A stretch of 64,000 bases of DNA. Source: Myxococcota bacterium (GTDB lineage: Bacteria > Myxococcota_A > UBA796 > UBA2385). A program made the translations under genes and the position numbers. Shown in pieces: positions 47,554 through 56,262 of the stretch (position 1 is its first letter; each line of letters starts with the position of its first letter). Under the pieces are notes generated by a model. That model was not told where the DNA came from. It saw only the letters and a list, made by a program, of their open reading frames with translations, and did no database searches. The DNA is taken from positions 320,001 to 384,000 of the forward strand of contig JBIJDH010000004.1 in NCBI GenBank assembly GCA_044344255.1, written 5' to 3'.

Positions 47554-50500
47554 ATGTTGCCCTCCCGACGCCGCGCCCGCGCCCTGGCCTTCCTGTCCGC
47601 CTCCCTCCTCGCCCCCCTCGCGCTCTACGCGGGGAGCGGCGGCCCGGACGCGGGGGGGCTTGTCTATACAGACTCTGACGCCCTCGACGGTCCGCCGCAC
47701 ACGACCCTCGACATGAGCGGGGCCACGGCGCTCGGCCTCGCCGACGACGGTACTACCTCGCTCGCCCTGCCCTTCAGCTTCGAGTGGTACGGCGCGACCG
47801 TCTCTGCCGTCACGGTGTCCAACAACGGCGTGCTCGTCTTTTCGGGGACCGTCGATGCCGGGCTCCCGGTCGGCCTCTGTCCAGGTTCAGGGGGAGACTG
47901 GTCAGGTGTGTCCGCCTTCTGGGACGACTGGTCCGCCGGAGCCGCCTCCTACCAGACTTTCGGCCGCTACCCGCACCGCGCCCTCGCCGTCCAGTGGGAG
48001 GGGGCCCACGCCACGGCCGGGGGCAGCGGCACCGTCCAGGCCTGGCTGGTGGAGGGGCGGGACGAGGCGGTGATCGTGCTCGACGACGTCACCTTCGGCT
48101 CCGCCTCGGTCGATGGCGGCGCCAGCGCGATGATCGGGGCCCAAGGCACCAGCGGAGACGGCCTGCCCTGGTCGTGCGGCGCCGTGCTCGCGGACGGCAG
48201 CACGGCCTGGTTCGGCCAGCAGAGCGCGCGCCCGGCCGCCGCCAGCCGTAACGTCGGCGATCTGGGCGTCCCCTGGTACGGTGAGGCGGTCAGCCAGTAC
48301 GCGGGCCAGAGGCTCGCGGGTGGCGATGTGGACGGTGACGGTACGGGTGACTTCCTCATCGGTGACCAGACCACCGACACCGTCTACCTCATCACCGGCG
48401 GCCTCGGCGTGGCCGGCGCCGGCCTGAGCGCCGCCGCCTCTGTCCTCGAGAGCTCCGGGGCGACCGCGACCAACCTGGGGGCGGGCCTCGCCCTCTCCGA
48501 CCTCGACGGGGACGGCGCCGACGACATCCACATCGGCGCCCCCGACGACAGCACCGCCGCCAGCTCCGCCGGTCGGGTCTTCGTCGTGCAGGGCGGCATG
48601 GTGGCGAGCCGCGTCAGCCTCCCCGCGGAGGCCGACCTCGTGCTCAACGGCCCCACTCACGCCGTCAGCGGCTACACCCGCTCGGCCGCGCTCTACAAGC
48701 GGGCAAGGGCCGGAAAGGCCCTCGCCGCGGGCGACTTCGACGGCGACGGCTATGGCGACCTCGCCATCGCCTCCCCCGAGGAGGACTCCGCCGCGATCGA
48801 CGCCGGCGCCGTCTTCCTCGTGTTTGGCAACAGCGGCCGGTTCTCGAGCAGCAGCGCCAGCCTGGACAGCCCCGACGCAGTCTTCGTGGGTGAGAACGGC
48901 GGGGACCAGGCTGGCGTCTCGCTCGCGGTGGGCGACGCCGACGGCGACGGGATGGACGACCTGCTCATCGCGGCGCCCTACTACGACGACAGCGCGACCT
49001 CCGCGAACAACGTTGGGCGCGCCTACCTCATCAACGGCGGCGCCTGGTCCGGCACCGAGGCCCTCTCGGCCTTCGCCACGGCGACGATCACGGGCTCCAA
49101 GGGCTCCGACGAGCTCGGCTGGGGCCTCGCCCTCGGCGATCTGACCGGCGACAGCCTGCCCGATCTCGCGGTGGGCGCCCCCTACGCCGACGACAAGGCC
49201 CCGAGCGCGGGGGCGGTCTACGTCTTCTCCGACACGTCCACCCTCGGCGGGGACTATGACGCGGACCTCGACCGCGACGTAGAGATCAACGGGGAGGTCT
49301 CCAGCACCACCACCGGCGCCGTGCTCGCCGCCTGGGACCTCGACCGGGACGGCACCGACGACCTCGTGGTGAGCTCGCCGAACGACCCCTCTGCCATCTC
49401 GGGGGGTGGCTCGGTCGCGGTCTTCTCAGCGCTCTCCTCCGCCTCGATGGTGCTCTCCGACGCCGACCACGTCGTGCTCGGCACCACCTCGGCCGGCGCG
49501 CTCGGCACGGGGCTCACCGTCGTCGCTGACCACCAGGTCGATGGCTTCGACGACATCATCCTCACGGCGCCCTACGGGACCTACGACACGATCACCGGCG
49601 CGGGCATCACGGCGGTGTGGTCCTTCGTGCCCGACTTCCCGGATCTGGACGCCGACGGCTTTGTCTCCACGGCGGCCGGGGGCCTCGACTGCGACGACGG
49701 CGACGCGCTGGCTTGGCCCGGCAACGTCGAGGTCGCGGCCAACCTCATCGATGATGACTGTGACGGCTGGATCGATGACGCCGTGATCGTGCGGCTCACC
49801 GAAGACGGCTGGGCATATGACATCGACGCGGAGCTCGGCGCCGGCGTCTCGGACACCTTCGACTTTGAGTCGATCACCCTCGGCGACGACGCCAGCCTGT
49901 ACTACGCCTCGCGGGGCCTCGAGCTGGTGGCCTCGGGGAGCGTCGTCGCTGACACCGCCGTGTTCGGCGCGCTGCCCGTGGGGCTGCTGGGCGGCGAGGT
50001 CTCCGCGGGGAGCGCGAACGCGCTCGAGCTCCGGTTCGGAGAGGACATCGAGGCGATCTCCTTCCACGTGCTCGATCCCGAGGCCGCCTTCTCGGTGTTG
50101 GCCGCGTCGGGCGGCACAGCCCGGATCGACGGTGAGATCTTGCCGAGCCTCTCGGCGGCGAACCGCAGCGAGGGCGCCTTCGTGGGCCTGACCTTCGCCG
50201 AGCCGATCGACAGCCTCACCCTGACCGGCGCCCTGACCGACGCCTGGGGCATCGACGAGATCGAGGTCATCTGGTCTTCGGACACCGACAGCGACGGGGA
50301 CGGCCTCTCCGAGAGCGGCGGCGACTGCGATGACAGCGACCCCGCCGTGAACCCGGACGCGACCGAAGACCTCACGAACAGCGTCGATGACGACTGTGAC
50401 GGCGTCATCGACGGCGGCTCGCTCGACACGTACACCAGCGCGCCAGTCTGGGAGGCCGACGCCGACCTCGAGCCGGAGGCCATTGACTTCGAGGGCCTCA

Positions 50501-52962
50501 CGCTCGGCCTGCCGGTCGAGGACGACTATGTCGAACTGGGCACCACCTTCGACGGCACGCTCACCGTGGTCAGCGCCATCGGCGGCGCGGCGCCCCACGG
50601 TGCGCAGGCCGGCGAGGCCAGCGGCAGCAGCACCACCCTCCGCTTCGATGAGGTGCAGCCGGCCGTCGCCTTCTATGTGATCGACGGCGCGGGCGACTTC
50701 GACATCCAGGGCGAGGCCGAAGGGGTGCTCCTCTACGACTTCACCGTCGATCTCGCAGGGGAGGGCGTCGCAGGCGGGCGCTTCTTCGGGATGGTGTTTG
50801 ATTATGGTGTGGACACGCTCACCATCACGAACACGAACTCCGTCGATGACTGGGGCATCGACGACGTCACGTTCCACGTGCTCGGCCTCGATGACCACGA
50901 CGGCGACGGCTACTCGGAGGCCGAGGGGGACTGCGACGACACGAGCGCGGCGGTCGGCCCCACGGTCACCGAGGTGTATTACGACGGGGTGGACGCCGAC
51001 TGTGACGGGCAGAGCGACTACGACGCCGACGGAGACGGCTACGAGGCGATGACCGCCTTTGGGCTCGACTGCGACGACGCCGCCGTCACCACCAACCCCG
51101 CCGCCACCGAGGTGTACTACGATGGCGTGGACGCCGACTGCGACGGGCAGAGCGACTACGACGCCGACGGGGACGGCCACCTGTCCGAGGGCTACGGTGG
51201 CGACGACTGCGATGACGTCGACGCCGCCGTCAACCCGGAGGCCACCGAGGTGCCCTACGACGGCACCGATGACGACTGTGTCACCACCAACGACGATGAC
51301 GCCGATGGCGACGGTTATGCCGCCTCGGGCTTCCTCGGCGGGCTCTACGGCTCGGACGACTGCGACGACTCTACCGCGGCCATCGGGCCGGGCGTCGAGG
51401 ACGTCCCCTACGACGGCGTAGACTCGGACTGCTCCGGCACCTCGGACTACGACGCCGACGGCGACGGCTCCATCAGCGCCGCCTATGGTGGAGACGACTG
51501 CGCCGACACGCTGCCCTTGGTCTACCCCGGCGCTCCCGGCGAGCGCTGTTACGACGGGATCGACCAGGACTGTGACGGCGCGAGCGACTACGACTGCGAT
51601 CTGGACGGATACGAGTCCGAGACCTACGGCGGTGACGACTGCGACGACACCACCGACAGCGTCCACCCGGGCGTCGCTGATCCGGCGGGCGATGGCATTG
51701 ACAGCAACTGCGACGGACAGAAAGAGTTCGACGACGACCACGATGGGTACGACGACCTCCTCCGCGGCGGCGATGACTGTGACGACGGTGAGGTGAGCGT
51801 CAACCCCGGCGCGATCGAGGTCTACTACGACGGGCTCGATCAGGACTGCGACGGCGCCTCCGACTACGACGCGGACGCGGACGGCTACGACAGCGCCGCT
51901 TACGGCGGAGCGGACTGCGACGACGCCGATGGCTCTGTCCACCCGAGCGCGGGCGAGCTCTGGTACGATGGGGTCGACCAGGACTGTGACGGTCTGAATG
52001 ACCTCGATCAAGACGGCGACGGGTACGAAGCCGACTGGTACGGCGGCACCGACTGTGATGACGGCGACGCCGCTGTGCACCCGGGCGCCCTCGAGGCTGC
52101 CTACGACGGCGTCGACCAGGACTGCTCGGACGGCTCGGACTACGACAGCGACGGTGACGGTGAGGACAGCGAGCTGTACGGCGGCGCCGACTGCGACGAC
52201 GCGGACGGCACCATCTCGGCCGGCGCCTTCGAGATCCCCTTCGACGGGATTGATCAGGACTGTGATGGGCTGGACGGCGAGGACGGAGACGGCGACGGCT
52301 GGGCGGCCACTGATGACTGTGACGACGCCGACGCCCTCCGCCACCCCGGCGCGACCGACGCTTGCTACGACGGCGAGGACGCGGACTGTGGGGGCGGCAG
52401 CGATGACGACTGTGACGGGGACGGTGTCGACGACGCAGGCCAGGGCGGCGCTGACTGCGATGACGCGGACCCTGACGTCCTCCCGGGCGCCGCCGAGCGC
52501 TGGTACGACGGCGTGGATCAGGACTGTGATGGGGCCGATGACTTCGACCAGGACGGCGACGGGTACGCCTCGAGCACCTGGACGGGCACGGACTGCGACG
52601 ACACCCGCGCCGACGTCAACCCCGGCGTGCTGGCCGACGACTGCGACCGCGTCGATGCGGACTGCGACGGAGAGGTGGACGAGGACTGTCCGGCCGTCGA
52701 CACCGCCGCCCCGTCGGACTCCGGCGGTTCGGACGGGACAGACGGGACAGACGGGACAGACGGGACGGATGGGACAGACGGCACGGACGGCACCGACCCC
52801 AACGCGGACTGGGAGGCGCCGGTGGACGACACGAAGACCGACGGCGCGATGAAGGGCGGCTGCGCCCATGTCGGCGACACGGTCCCAGCGCCGGCTCGCC
52901 TCGCCGGTCTCCTGCTCGCCGGCGTCGCCCTGTTGGCCCGCCGGATCCGCGCTCGGGCCTGA
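47554..52962 (+). CDS. Giant surface protein: nidogen-like N-domain, FG-GAP/integrin-alpha repeats, many MopE-related DCDD repeats, MYXO-CTERM-like anchor
   Basis: LPFSFEWYG...SNNG; repeated GDxDGDGxxDLxIGAP; DCDD...P.A.E..YDGVD.DCDG repeats; GGC + TM helix + RR tail. Confidence 0.85.
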   Translation: MLPSRRRARALAFLSASLLAPLALYAGSGGPDAGGLVYTDSDALDGPPHTTLDMSGATALGLADDGTTSLALPFSFEWYGATVSAVTVSNNGVLVFSGTVDAGLPVGLCPGSGGDWSGVSAFWDDWSAGAASYQTFGRYPHRALAVQWEGAHATAGGSGTVQAWLVEGRDEAVIVLDDVTFGSASVDGGASAMIGAQGTSGDGLPWSCGAVLADGSTAWFGQQSARPAAASRNVGDLGVPWYGEAVSQYAGQRLAGGDVDGDGTGDFLIGDQTTDTVYLITGGLGVAGAGLSAAASVLESSGATATNLGAGLALSDLDGDGADDIHIGAPDDSTAASSAGRVFVVQGGMVASRVSLPAEADLVLNGPTHAVSGYTRSAALYKRARAGKALAAGDFDGDGYGDLAIASPEEDSAAIDAGAVFLVFGNSGRFSSSSASLDSPDAVFVGENGGDQAGVSLAVGDADGDGMDDLLIAAPYYDDSATSANNVGRAYLINGGAWSGTEALSAFATATITGSKGSDELGWGLALGDLTGDSLPDLAVGAPYADDKAPSAGAVYVFSDTSTLGGDYDADLDRDVEINGEVSSTTTGAVLAAWDLDRDGTDDLVVSSPNDPSAISGGGSVAVFSALSSASMVLSDADHVVLGTTSAGALGTGLTVVADHQVDGFDDIILTAPYGTYDTITGAGITAVWSFVPDFPDLDADGFVSTAAGGLDCDDGDALAWPGNVEVAANLIDDDCDGWIDDAVIVRLTEDGWAYDIDAELGAGVSDTFDFESITLGDDASLYYASRGLELVASGSVVADTAVFGALPVGLLGGEVSAGSANALELRFGEDIEAISFHVLDPEAAFSVLAASGGTARIDGEILPSLSAANRSEGAFVGLTFAEPIDSLTLTGALTDAWGIDEIEVIWSSDTDSDGDGLSESGGDCDDSDPAVNPDATEDLTNSVDDDCDGVIDGGSLDTYTSAPVWEADADLEPEAIDFEGLTLGLPVEDDYVELGTTFDGTLTVVSAIGGAAPHGAQAGEASGSSTTLRFDEVQPAVAFYVIDGAGDFDIQGEAEGVLLYDFTVDLAGEGVAGGRFFGMVFDYGVDTLTITNTNSVDDWGIDDVTFHVLGLDDHDGDGYSEAEGDCDDTSAAVGPTVTEVYYDGVDADCDGQSDYDADGDGYEAMTAFGLDCDDAAVTTNPAATEVYYDGVDADCDGQSDYDADGDGHLSEGYGGDDCDDVDAAVNPEATEVPYDGTDDDCVTTNDDDADGDGYAASGFLGGLYGSDDCDDSTAAIGPGVEDVPYDGVDSDCSGTSDYDADGDGSISAAYGGDDCADTLPLVYPGAPGERCYDGIDQDCDGASDYDCDLDGYESETYGGDDCDDTTDSVHPGVADPAGDGIDSNCDGQKEFDDDHDGYDDLLRGGDDCDDGEVSVNPGAIEVYYDGLDQDCDGASDYDADADGYDSAAYGGADCDDADGSVHPSAGELWYDGVDQDCDGLNDLDQDGDGYEADWYGGTDCDDGDAAVHPGALEAAYDGVDQDCSDGSDYDSDGDGEDSELYGGADCDDADGTISAGAFEIPFDGIDQDCDGLDGEDGDGDGWAATDDCDDADALRHPGATDACYDGEDADCGGGSDDDCDGDGVDDAGQGGADCDDADPDVLPGAAERWYDGVDQDCDGADDFDQDGDGYASSTWTGTDCDDTRADVNPGVLADDCDRVDADCDGEVDEDCPAVDTAAPSDSGGSDGTDGTDGTDGTDGTDGTDGTDPNADWEAPVDDTKTDGAMKGGCAHVGDTVPAPARLAGLLLAGVALLARRIRARA
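52732..52794 (+). repeat. 9-bp tandem repeat x7 encoding (DGT)7
   Basis: GACGGGACA units with synonymous variants. Confidence 0.9.
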
Positions 52963-53021
52963 GGGCCCGCGCTCCGGGATCGGCCGGGCGAGCCGCTCGG
53001 TGGATGCGGGAGCGCAGGCGC

Positions 53022-53768
53022 TCAGTGGATCATGGGGTCCTCTTTGGGGCGCCAGCCGCGCCCCTTCGCGGGGGGACCCTCCCGCCCGCCCTGGATCACG
53101 CGAAGGTCCTGGTGGATTCGGTCATGGCGGCGCTTGAGGTACCATCGGCGGAGGCGGCTCTGTCGGCCCAGCGCGAGGGTCCACAGCCAGGCCCCTGCGA
53201 CAGCCCCCAGGCCCATCGATGCGCCCAGATCCCGCTCCAACAGCAGGATCAACGCCGCGAGGCCGGTGCCGGCCCAGGCGAACCACCTCGCTTGGATAGG
53301 GATCATAAAGTATAGGTTGATCTTGGCCTCTCCATGATTGAGCCCGAAGAGCACGAACCAGGCGAGGGTGAGCGGCCCGAGGCCGTAGAAGGCCGAGGTG
53401 CGCAGGAGCCCGAGGCCGTCGGCGAGGAAGGTGATCAGCCCCGCCGTCGCCATCAGGGTGACGCTCGGCAGGAGCAGCCCGCGCTTGCCGTAGTCCTGCT
53501 CCATCAAGGGGAGGGCGAAGTAGACGCCCAACCAGGTGAGCAGCGGAGGGAGGTGCTGCGGCTGGTTGGTCAGCCAGGCGGTCAGCGGCTGCCAGGGCTG
53601 GAATTTGTCGGTCGCGAGAGACCACCAGGCGAGCTCAGCGGTGGAGTCGAACTCGAAGAGGGTCGCGGCCAGCACCTGAGCCCCGTAGAGCGCGAGGAGC
53701 GCGATCAGCACGCGCTTGGTGAGGGGGGTCATCCGGCCGCCGAAGCGGTTGTCGGAGAGCGTCTGCAT
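53022..53768 (-). CDS. Rhomboid-like membrane protein, apparently non-catalytic
   Basis: MTP.TK.., PWQPLT, LYFMIPIQARW; GLG in place of GxSG and no obvious catalytic His. Confidence 0.6.
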   Translation of the reverse strand: MQTLSDNRFGGRMTPLTKRVLIALLALYGAQVLAATLFEFDSTAELAWWSLATDKFQPWQPLTAWLTNQPQHLPPLLTWLGVYFALPLMEQDYGKRGLLLPSVTLMATAGLITFLADGLGLLRTSAFYGLGPLTLAWFVLFGLNHGEAKINLYFMIPIQARWFAWAGTGLAALILLLERDLGASMGLGAVAGAWLWTLALGRQSRLRRWYLKRRHDRIHQDLRVIQGGREGPPAKGRGWRPKEDPMIH

Positions 53769-53825
53769 GGTGGTTCCGGGCGGGGAGGCGTGCTCGGGGA
53801 TAACCAGGAGCCCTTCGGATGGGAA

Positions 53826-54683
53826 ATGAACGTCCCCCGCTCTCCTGGTCCGCCTCGGTCTCGGGTCCGCCTGCTGTCGGGCGCCATCGGCCTGCTCTTC
53901 GCGGTCGGGTGGGCCTCTTCGGCCCAAGCGCACCCCTTCGGGAGCGGCTTCGCGGCCCATGAGCTCGACGTCTGGCTGTCCGCGGACACGCTACACCTCC
54001 GCTACCAAGCCGAGATCCCGACCCAGGCATTGCTCGCTGAGCTGAGGGTGGCCCTGCGGGAGGCGGGCGCGCGGGGCCCTCTGCAGGAGGCCGCCTTCGT
54101 CCAGGTGAAGCTCGATGAGCTCGAGGGGGGCCTCCGGGTCCTCGTCGATGGTGCGCCCCTCGCCCTCGCGCGCCTGCCAGGCCCGCCGGGGAACGGGAAG
54201 GGCGACGCCCGCTTCATCCGCTACTCCATCGAGGCGGAGGCCCCTTTGCCCGCGGGCGCTCGCACGCTCACGGTGGTGAACGGGAACTACCCGGACGGGG
54301 ACGCCCTCTTCAGCAGCCGCCTCTGGGTCTCTGCCGACGTCCGCCTCGACGAGACCACGCTCCTCGACGTGGAGGGCGGGCAGATCCGCGCCGATCGGAG
54401 CGGGCAGTGGCGGGCGGACGAGGCGAGCCGCGAGCTTCGCGCCTCGTTCTACCTCTACGAAGGTCGCGTCGCCCCTGTCCGCCGTCAGCTCCAGCGCCTG
54501 GAGGCGCCGGACGAATCGGACTACAGAGAGGCGGGGTCGGCTTGGCGGGCGGCCCGCTCGAGCGTCCTCTTCCGCCTGCTCGGCGCCCGCCCCGGCCTCG
54601 CCCTCTCCGTCTCGCTCCCGATCCTGCTCTCGCTCCTCTGGGGCCTACGGCGACGCGCTGTCGGTCCGGCCGGCGTCCGCTGA
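53826..54683 (+). CDS. Exported protein with a His-Pro mature N-terminus and C-terminal TM anchor (possibly metal-transport associated)
   Basis: Signal peptide AQA/HPFG; C-terminal hydrophobic helix followed by RRR. Confidence 0.55.
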   Translation: MNVPRSPGPPRSRVRLLSGAIGLLFAVGWASSAQAHPFGSGFAAHELDVWLSADTLHLRYQAEIPTQALLAELRVALREAGARGPLQEAAFVQVKLDELEGGLRVLVDGAPLALARLPGPPGNGKGDARFIRYSIEAEAPLPAGARTLTVVNGNYPDGDALFSSRLWVSADVRLDETTLLDVEGGQIRADRSGQWRADEASRELRASFYLYEGRVAPVRRQLQRLEAPDESDYREAGSAWRAARSSVLFRLLGARPGLALSVSLPILLSLLWGLRRRAVGPAGVR

Positions 54684-54727
54684 GGCGGGGGCCTCGTGGA
54701 GGCCCGCGGCTCGAACACAGGTGCAGC

Positions 54728-55453
54728 ATGACCGAGATGGACCACGATCACCACCCCTCCGCTTCGGAGCACCGCTCCCTCGGCCACGGGGGCCTGCGGG
54801 CCGGCGTCTTCGGGGCCAGCGACGGCCTCGTGTCCAATATGGCGCTCGTGCTCGGCGTCGCCAGCGCCACACCCGACGCTGGGTTGGTGGTGCTGGCCGG
54901 GGTCGCGGGCCTGCTGGCCGGCGCCTTCTCGATGGCGGCGGGGGAGTGGATCTCCGTGAAGGCCCAGCGGGAGGCGCTCGAGCGGGAGCTTCAGATGGAG
55001 AAGGACCACCTCGAGCGGTACCCCGAGGCGGAGCGGGCCCACCTGATGAGCGTGCTGGCCAAGGCTGGCCTCTCCCAGGGCGTGAGCGCGGCCGTCGTGG
55101 CGGAGCTCTCGCTCCAGCCGCACGTCAACCTCGACTTTCACGCGCGGATGGAGCTCGGCATCGATCCGAGCGAGCTCGGCAGCCCCCTCGTCGCCGCCGG
55201 CACCTCCTTCGTCGCCTTCTCGGTGGGGGCGCTCGTCCCGCTCGTGCCCTGGCTGCTCCCGATCGGGGACGCGGCCTTGCCGGCGACGCTCTTGGTCTCT
55301 TGCCTCGCGCTGTTCGGCGTCGGCGCGGCGCTGGCCCTCTTCACCTCCCGCCCCTGGGTGCTCTCCGGCCTCCGTCAGCTCCTCATTGGGGCCGCGGCCA
55401 CGGCCGTGACGATGCTGGTCAGCCGCGCGGTCGGCGGTGTCGCGCTGGGCTGA
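54728..55453 (+). CDS. VIT1/CCC1 family Fe/Mn transporter
   Basis: LRAGVFGASDGLVSN, AGAFSMAAGEWISV, ELGIDP, GALVPLVPW. Confidence 0.93.
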   Translation: MTEMDHDHHPSASEHRSLGHGGLRAGVFGASDGLVSNMALVLGVASATPDAGLVVLAGVAGLLAGAFSMAAGEWISVKAQREALERELQMEKDHLERYPEAERAHLMSVLAKAGLSQGVSAAVVAELSLQPHVNLDFHARMELGIDPSELGSPLVAAGTSFVAFSVGALVPLVPWLLPIGDAALPATLLVSCLALFGVGAALALFTSRPWVLSGLRQLLIGAAATAVTMLVSRAVGGVALG

Positions 55454-55456
55454 GCG

Positions 55457-55494
55457 CTGATATTCTTGACAGGGGTAAGGATGTTCAGTAAGAG
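55457..55494 (+). promoter_or_regulatory. lexA promoter overlapped by putative SOS boxes
   Basis: TTGACA-17 nt-TAAGAG; CTG-N10-CAG at 55457-55472; GTTCAG half-site ending at 55488. Confidence 0.65.
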
Positions 55495-55512
55495 GGCCAG
55501 ACAGGAGCCCCC

Positions 55513-56235
55513 ATGCCCCGCTTGCCCAACCCGCCCGCCGCTCCGCTGAGCGAGCCCCGGTCTTCCACGGTCCGAGGGGCGTCCGGCCCCGACACCGGCC
55601 CCACCGACGACACGTCTGATCTGTCGCCTCGGCAGCGGGACGTGCTCTCCTGCATCACCAACGCCTTGGATCAGCGGGGCATCCCGCCCACCTACCGTGA
55701 GATCGGCGACGCCCTCGGCATCTCGTCGACCAACGGGGTGGCTGACCACATGAAGGCGCTGGAGAAGAAGGGCTACCTCCGCAAGGTGGCGGACGGCGCC
55801 GCGCGGGGCATCCAGCTCACCGCCAAGGCCGGCCCCGTGCGCCGGGGCGAGACGGTGAGCATCCCCCTCGTGGGCGTGGTGGCGGCCGGAACCCCCATCC
55901 TCGCCGAAGAGAACCACGAGCGGAACCTCCACTTTGACGCCTCCCTGTTTCGCACCGCGGGGCCCCTCTACGCCCTCAAGGTTCGGGGAGACTCCATGAT
56001 CGAGGAGGGCATCCTCGACGGCGACACCGTGCTCGTCCGCCAGCAGAGCCTGGGGCGGAACGGCGACATCGTGGTGGCCTTGGTCGATAACGAGGCCACC
56101 GTGAAGTTCTACTTTCACGAGGGGCACCGCATTCGCCTGCAGCCGGCCCACCCCACGATGGCGCCGATCTATGTCAACCCGACCCAGAACGCCCTCATCC
56201 AGGGCGTCGTGATCGGGCTCTTCCGCCAGTACTGA
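55513..56235 (+). CDS. lexA: SOS repressor LexA
   Basis: PPTYREIG...STNGVADH..ALEKKGYL; VAAG cleavage site; GDSM (Ser); ATVK (Lys). Confidence 0.96.
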   Translation: MPRLPNPPAAPLSEPRSSTVRGASGPDTGPTDDTSDLSPRQRDVLSCITNALDQRGIPPTYREIGDALGISSTNGVADHMKALEKKGYLRKVADGAARGIQLTAKAGPVRRGETVSIPLVGVVAAGTPILAEENHERNLHFDASLFRTAGPLYALKVRGDSMIEEGILDGDTVLVRQQSLGRNGDIVVALVDNEATVKFYFHEGHRIRLQPAHPTMAPIYVNPTQNALIQGVVIGLFRQY

Positions 56236-56262
56236 GCGGGGCCCGCGCGCCGTTGGGGCGCT

